Assembly: GCA_041389225.1 (NCBI GenBank)
Contig: JAWKSI010000001.1
Span: 51,821 to 115,820, forward strand
Direction: 5' to 3'
DNA from: Candidatus Doudnabacteria bacterium
GTDB lineage: Bacteria; Patescibacteriota; Doudnabacteria; UBA920
DNA: 64,000 bases
The notes beneath the pieces are model-generated. The model ran no database searches. It was not told where the DNA came from and worked only from the letters and a program-made list of their open reading frames with translations. Position numbers and translations under genes: made by a program. Positions 59,817 through 64,000 of this stretch are shown piece after piece. Position 1 is the stretch's first letter. The number at the start of each line of letters is the position of its first letter.

Positions 59817-61091
59817 ATGACTAGACGAAAAGGAATCTCTATTCAACCTCTCAACTTTAAGAAACTCATTCTTAAAAAATTAAAACTTTACTGGTTTATG
59901 TTCCAGTATTTCGGGAAAAAGCTTGTGCACTCACTTCGTGCAAAGTACCCAAAAATCTCACAATTATATACTCAACAATTCCCAGCAACTTCTGTAAACA
60001 AAAAGTTAGATGTTTGGGATTTGGGACTAAGCTTCTCCAGCGAGTTAATAGTCGCCGGCGTAGTAGTTGTTGTTGGATTAATTAACTTAGTAGTTTTTAA
60101 TCCTCTTAAAGCAGAATACATTCATAATGATTCAAGCTTTGCCGCTCAACTATTACAACGACACAGTGAATATAATCCTCAATTGGCTGTTGCACAAAAT
60201 ACGATTAGCACTGTAATCGAAGACCACGGCGGGCTATTCGCGAACGCATATGCGAGCGAAAATAATGTATTAAGTAGCACAGACAGCATCTCAGCATTAC
60301 AAGAAAATAGTATTATTGATGATTCTGGAATAACTAAGCCTAATCCTGACAATATTCAACGACTAGTCTCTGACCAAGTTGTAATCTACGAAACAAAGCC
60401 ATTTGATACAGTTTATACTGTTGCTTCACAATTTGGACTTTCGACTCAAACAATCAGAGACAGTAATGGTTTACCTAATAATGCTTTATTAGCTGGCTGG
60501 CAATTATTAATTCCCCCTGTCGATGGTGTGGTTGTCCAAATCAAAGACGAAGAATTAACTTTAGCGCAACTTGCTAAAGACTACCAAGCTGATATCAATC
60601 AAATTATTTCTTATAACGGTCTAACTGGCCCTGATGATATGGTTGCAATGGATGACTACTTAATTATCCCTGGTGGAGAATTACCAGAAGCATCTATTCC
60701 TGCACCATCTTCTGTTGTTCAACAGCAAAGTCAAACTGCAGTTTCATCTTACAAACCATCTGCACCAACTGCTTCACTCAAACGCAACAACCGCTTCGCA
60801 GCTGGTCACTGTACTGACTACGTTGCCCGTAAAGTAAAAGTTACCTGGAGAGGAAACGCCAACCAATGGCCAAGCAATGCTCGCGCCCAAGGTTACACTG
60901 TCGACCGTAATCCGGTTGCTGGCGCGATCCTAGTAACCAACGAAAGTTGGTGGGGTCACGTTTCTTACATCGAAAAAGTTGTTGGCAGTAAAGTATACAT
61001 CAGTGAATGGAACTACGCTGGACTCTTTAATACAACTCACCGCGTAATCGACATTTCTGATCGCAGAGTCAAAGCTGTAATTCACCCATAA
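59817..61091 (+). CDS. LysM-LysM-CHAP peptidoglycan hydrolase with an N-terminal TM anchor
   Basis: Two LysM-like segments (YTVASQFGLSTQTIRDSNGL, LTLAQLAKDYQADINQIISYNGL). CHAP catalytic Cys/His (AAGHCTDYVARK ... WGHVSYIE). Confidence 0.7.
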   Translation: MTRRKGISIQPLNFKKLILKKLKLYWFMFQYFGKKLVHSLRAKYPKISQLYTQQFPATSVNKKLDVWDLGLSFSSELIVAGVVVVVGLINLVVFNPLKAEYIHNDSSFAAQLLQRHSEYNPQLAVAQNTISTVIEDHGGLFANAYASENNVLSSTDSISALQENSIIDDSGITKPNPDNIQRLVSDQVVIYETKPFDTVYTVASQFGLSTQTIRDSNGLPNNALLAGWQLLIPPVDGVVVQIKDEELTLAQLAKDYQADINQIISYNGLTGPDDMVAMDDYLIIPGGELPEASIPAPSSVVQQQSQTAVSSYKPSAPTASLKRNNRFAAGHCTDYVARKVKVTWRGNANQWPSNARAQGYTVDRNPVAGAILVTNESWWGHVSYIEKVVGSKVYISEWNYAGLFNTTHRVIDISDRRVKAVIHP

Positions 61092-61105
61092 AACTTAATA
61101 TTTTA

Positions 61106-61135
61106 AAACCGCACAAATCTTGTGCGGTTTTTTGA
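61106..61135 (+). terminator. intrinsic terminator (aaaaccgcaca/aatct/tgtgcggtttttt)
   Basis: Read from the sequence. Confidence 0.6.
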
Positions 61136-61168
61136 TATAATATAACTAAGAAAATTAATCATAATTTT

Positions 61169-61558
61169 ATGATCGCAGACAATACAATTTATCTAGCGCA
61201 ATTAATAGCACCGGCTATGATTGCAATTGGAATTGGTATCCTTACTCACCAGGAGTTTTATATCAAAACCTTTAAACATCTTAAAGAAGAAACTTTAGCA
61301 ATGTACATCGGCGGAATCGTCGCAATGGTAGTAGGAACAGCAATTTTACTAAACCATAATTCTTGGGATAACTTAGCCTCAGCTTTAATTACCTTGATTG
61401 GCGTTGGCGCTTTACTTAAAGGTGCAATCCTTTCAACCTTACCAAGATTACTAGAAAGTAGTTTTAGTAAACTCATTACTCCTTCAATTTTGCCTTTAGT
61501 TGGTTCTGTTTACCTAATCGTAGGTTTATACCTTGGTTGGGTTGGATATATTAACTAG
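61169..61558 (+). CDS. hypothetical membrane protein (129 aa, 4 TM)
   Basis: ORF, hydrophobic throughout. Confidence 0.4.
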   Translation: MIADNTIYLAQLIAPAMIAIGIGILTHQEFYIKTFKHLKEETLAMYIGGIVAMVVGTAILLNHNSWDNLASALITLIGVGALLKGAILSTLPRLLESSFSKLITPSILPLVGSVYLIVGLYLGWVGYIN

Positions 61559-61569
61559 TTTTGCTAAAA

Positions 61570-61605
61570 CAAAAAACCGCCTAGGCTTTGGCGGTTTTTT
61601 GTTTA
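61570..61605. terminator. bidirectional terminator (aaaaaaccgcc...ggcggtttttt)
   Basis: Between convergent genes. Confidence 0.55.
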
Positions 61606-61625
61606 TTCAATTTATTACTCTAATT

Positions 61626-63452
61626 CTAATTCTGAACGCGGCCAGAATTTTCAGCATTGATCAGATTTCCCGTAGTCAACTTCTGTCCTTTTGCCAAAAC
61701 GCTTGCGCCGGTAAAATCGTCAGTTGCGACAAACTCGATATCTTTGAGCAGTTCTACATCTTGACCTAACTGAGTCGCTGTGGGTGTAATCGTAACTAAC
61801 ATAGATAATTTACGAGAAGCTTTATCTCCCCCAGCGTGAGCAACTAATTGCCCAAAGTTCCAAGTAATCTTGCCTGTCGATTTATCGAAGGAAACAAAGT
61901 TCTTTTCGTTATTAGAAAAAGTTGCCGTATCCAAGTTAACACCTGTTGGCACGTAAGCTACCAAAACACCGTCCGCCATTTGGTTACTACTATTAGACAA
62001 CGATAATTCCAAATTAAAGGCGCTGCTCTGACCGACAACCGGCGGCAATGCACCAGCAGAATGTTCTGCAGTACCCACCACCCCAACTGGACTCGAAACT
62101 TTAATGCGGTTCTCTGGCCCAGGAATAAATGTTGAGTTTTCGTTAGATTTAACTTTAGCTGTTAGTTTAATTTCCAAATTAGTCTCATTGGTTGTTGTTG
62201 CTGGATTCTTAAGTTTAAAACTATAGCGCAAAGTACCACTGCTTCCTGCATTAACAGTTTCTAATGCACGAACTCCAGCCGCATCCCACCTAATAGTTCC
62301 ATCACTGACAAAACCAGATTCTGAGCGGAGTGAACTTAGCTCAACACAACCACAATCTACTTCGGCAATAATCTGCAAACCTGTATTGGCAATATCTGTA
62401 TTGTTTTCATACTTCAACTCGACTGTAACAGATTGGCCTGGGTCGACAACTCCACCAGATGAACTTCCGCTCAACTTCTGTTCAATATTAAGTGGTCGAG
62501 ATTGAATCACTGTAATAAAGCTGTGACTTGATTGAGTATAAAAATCACCCTGGTTATCAAGCACTAGGAATTCTGCGATAAACTCCGCATTTTGACCGGA
62601 ATTTGCTGACTTAAAGGTTCCAGTAAATTCAATTTCTCCAGTCTCATCTGGATCCAAAACACCCAAATTCCATATATTTTTGCCCAAAGATGGTTCAGGT
62701 CGGCCTTTAACAAATTCAAATCCTTCAGGATATACCACTTCGATGCGGCCTTGATCGATTTCTTTTTTAGAGCTATTTCGATAGTTGATCTTATAGCTTA
62801 CAGTGTCACCGCTTGAAGCAATTTCTGGACCGCTCAAGTCTATCAATACATCGGACGCCACCAATCTAACTTGATGTGACTGTTCCAAAGTAAAGCCAGA
62901 ACTAAAATTATCATAACTGTAATGTAATCTCGCGACCAATCTCTTACTGTCATTAACATCACCTTGCGCTAAAGTCTTAACAATCACTACAGCATTTTGG
63001 CCAGTTGCCAAATCTGGAACAGCAAAAGCCGAACCAGACAAATTATCTGCTTTTGGAGTACTACTAATATATGCCAAGCCTTCATCATAAACTAACTCCA
63101 AATTCATATCTACCAATCTACTGGAATCCTGGTTTGTGATCTTAACTTTATAAATCACTTCACCACCAGCCGAAACTGTACTAGGCGCATCAATATCGAT
63201 TGTTACATTTGCCTCTTTGGTTGGCTCTTGTTTTTGCGGCCAGAAAGCAATCGCAGCCAAAACTGCGATGATTATTACACCAACAATACTCGCCACCAAA
63301 TACCATTTATTTTCGGCAGCAAAGTTTTTGATCTTTTCCGAAAATGTAGTGGTTTGCAAATCAGGGGCTAACGGGATTTCGGGAAACTCAGGTGGAGCTG
63401 CTTGTGGCTCGGACTCTGGCCCCTTTACTGGTTGTGGAGAAAAATCTGTCAT
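61626..63452 (-). CDS. surface protein with DUF11-like (conserved repeat domain) Ig-like repeats and an N-terminal TM anchor
   Basis: TM helix YLVASIVGVIIIAVLAAIAFW. Repeated T.TY.I...N.. blocks (VIYKVKITNQDSSRLVDMNLELVY, VSYKINYRNSSKKEIDQGRIEVVY, VTVELKYENNTDIANTGLQIIAEV). Confidence 0.5.
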   Translation of the reverse strand: MTDFSPQPVKGPESEPQAAPPEFPEIPLAPDLQTTTFSEKIKNFAAENKWYLVASIVGVIIIAVLAAIAFWPQKQEPTKEANVTIDIDAPSTVSAGGEVIYKVKITNQDSSRLVDMNLELVYDEGLAYISSTPKADNLSGSAFAVPDLATGQNAVVIVKTLAQGDVNDSKRLVARLHYSYDNFSSGFTLEQSHQVRLVASDVLIDLSGPEIASSGDTVSYKINYRNSSKKEIDQGRIEVVYPEGFEFVKGRPEPSLGKNIWNLGVLDPDETGEIEFTGTFKSANSGQNAEFIAEFLVLDNQGDFYTQSSHSFITVIQSRPLNIEQKLSGSSSGGVVDPGQSVTVELKYENNTDIANTGLQIIAEVDCGCVELSSLRSESGFVSDGTIRWDAAGVRALETVNAGSSGTLRYSFKLKNPATTTNETNLEIKLTAKVKSNENSTFIPGPENRIKVSSPVGVVGTAEHSAGALPPVVGQSSAFNLELSLSNSSNQMADGVLVAYVPTGVNLDTATFSNNEKNFVSFDKSTGKITWNFGQLVAHAGGDKASRKLSMLVTITPTATQLGQDVELLKDIEFVATDDFTGASVLAKGQKLTTGNLINAENSGRVQN

Positions 63453-63474
63453 AATTATATTTATTATAACATTT

Positions 63475-64000
63475 TTATGTTAAGAAATATTCTCCAGCAA
63501 TAAATTTTCTCTCCAATTGATAGTTTACAAAGCCCAATATCGCTGTCAGTAATTCTTGATTATCCAAAACATTTATCACCATTGGTTGTTTGGATAGCTT
63601 TAAATATTCTTTATATGCTTCTGTAGGCAAAGCAATATCTGAGACACTTCTTCTTTGGATCGCAAAGCCACCTTCTTGATTACTCAAAAAAACTTCTTTA
63701 GGCTCTTCCAAAATAACCAGATTTGATTCTGGATTAAGCCCAATAGCCAATAAAGCTAAGCTGTAAAATTGCACGACCAAAGCTTGGCCTTGTGAAAAAT
63801 CTAAATCTTGGTGATTATTCAAAAGTTTATAAAATTCTAAAACCAAATTAAATAACTGAGTATTTACTTGCTCATCCGGCAAAGCGCGGTATAAAAATTC
63901 TTGAACCACAGATACTAACCGCATCCCTATCTCGGTTTGCAAAACTCCAGCATAACTCTCTAGTACTTGGGAAGAAATAACATTTTGCAATTCGCCTTTT
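63475..64000 (-). CDS. RecO-like protein fragment. The frame is open to the window edge, so the N-terminus lies beyond 64000.
   Basis: The helical C-terminal region (..ALVVQFYSLALLAIGLNP..) is weakly reminiscent of RecO. No zinc finger. Low confidence. Confidence 0.25.
   Translation of the reverse strand, partial: KGELQNVISSQVLESYAGVLQTEIGMRLVSVVQEFLYRALPDEQVNTQLFNLVLEFYKLLNNHQDLDFSQGQALVVQFYSLALLAIGLNPESNLVILEEPKEVFLSNQEGGFAIQRRSVSDIALPTEAYKEYLKLSKQPMVINVLDNQELLTAILGFVNYQLERKFIAGEYFLT

Noticed and set aside
63475-64000. Confident RecO assignment for the terminal ORF
   Set aside because: Only weak helical similarity to the RecO C-terminal region. No zinc finger or OB fold is visible in the window. 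Kept as a low-confidence feature only.

Overview
This 64 kb window comes from a low-GC bacterial chromosome that uses the standard genetic code. The gene content is consistent with Patescibacteria/CPR (comFC, a VirB4/VirB6-like cluster, LysM-CHAP and DUF11 surface proteins), but that is an inference. Housekeeping genes present are gatC (partial), lemA-htpX, recX, clpC, comFC, recG, radA, rsmA and a UvrD/PcrA helicase. There is a FIST / sensor histidine kinase / response regulator signalling cluster and an ECF-like sigma factor with a membrane partner. The most notable region is a roughly 17 kb integrated island (about 11962..29147) inserted at tRNA-Ser(GCT). It carries a frameshifted large serine recombinase, a VapC-type PIN toxin with an unannotated small upstream ORF, and a complete type I restriction-modification locus (hsdS-half, hsdM, hsdS, hsdR). 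That locus has three passenger genes embedded in it: a ThsB-like TIR (DUF1863) protein, a NYN/PIN-like nuclease and a fragmented 2-TM protein. A WLM/DUF45 metallopeptidase gene follows hsdR. The island also carries two tandem ParB-like adenine methyltransferase genes and decayed cargo (CYTH-like, radical-SAM-like and dTMP-kinase-like fragments). A second tRNA-Ser(TGA) is followed by tandem copies of its own 3' end, and one copy carries a roughly 110-nt arm element that is about 70% identical to the arm at the other island's right end. A VirB3/VirB4/VirB6-like type IV secretion-like cluster has no relaxase or coupling protein. A 1288-aa protein carries about 19 near-identical 28-aa tandem repeats and a C-terminal GNAT-like domain. 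Several gene interruptions sit exactly at short homopolymers and look like sequencing indels rather than real pseudogenes.
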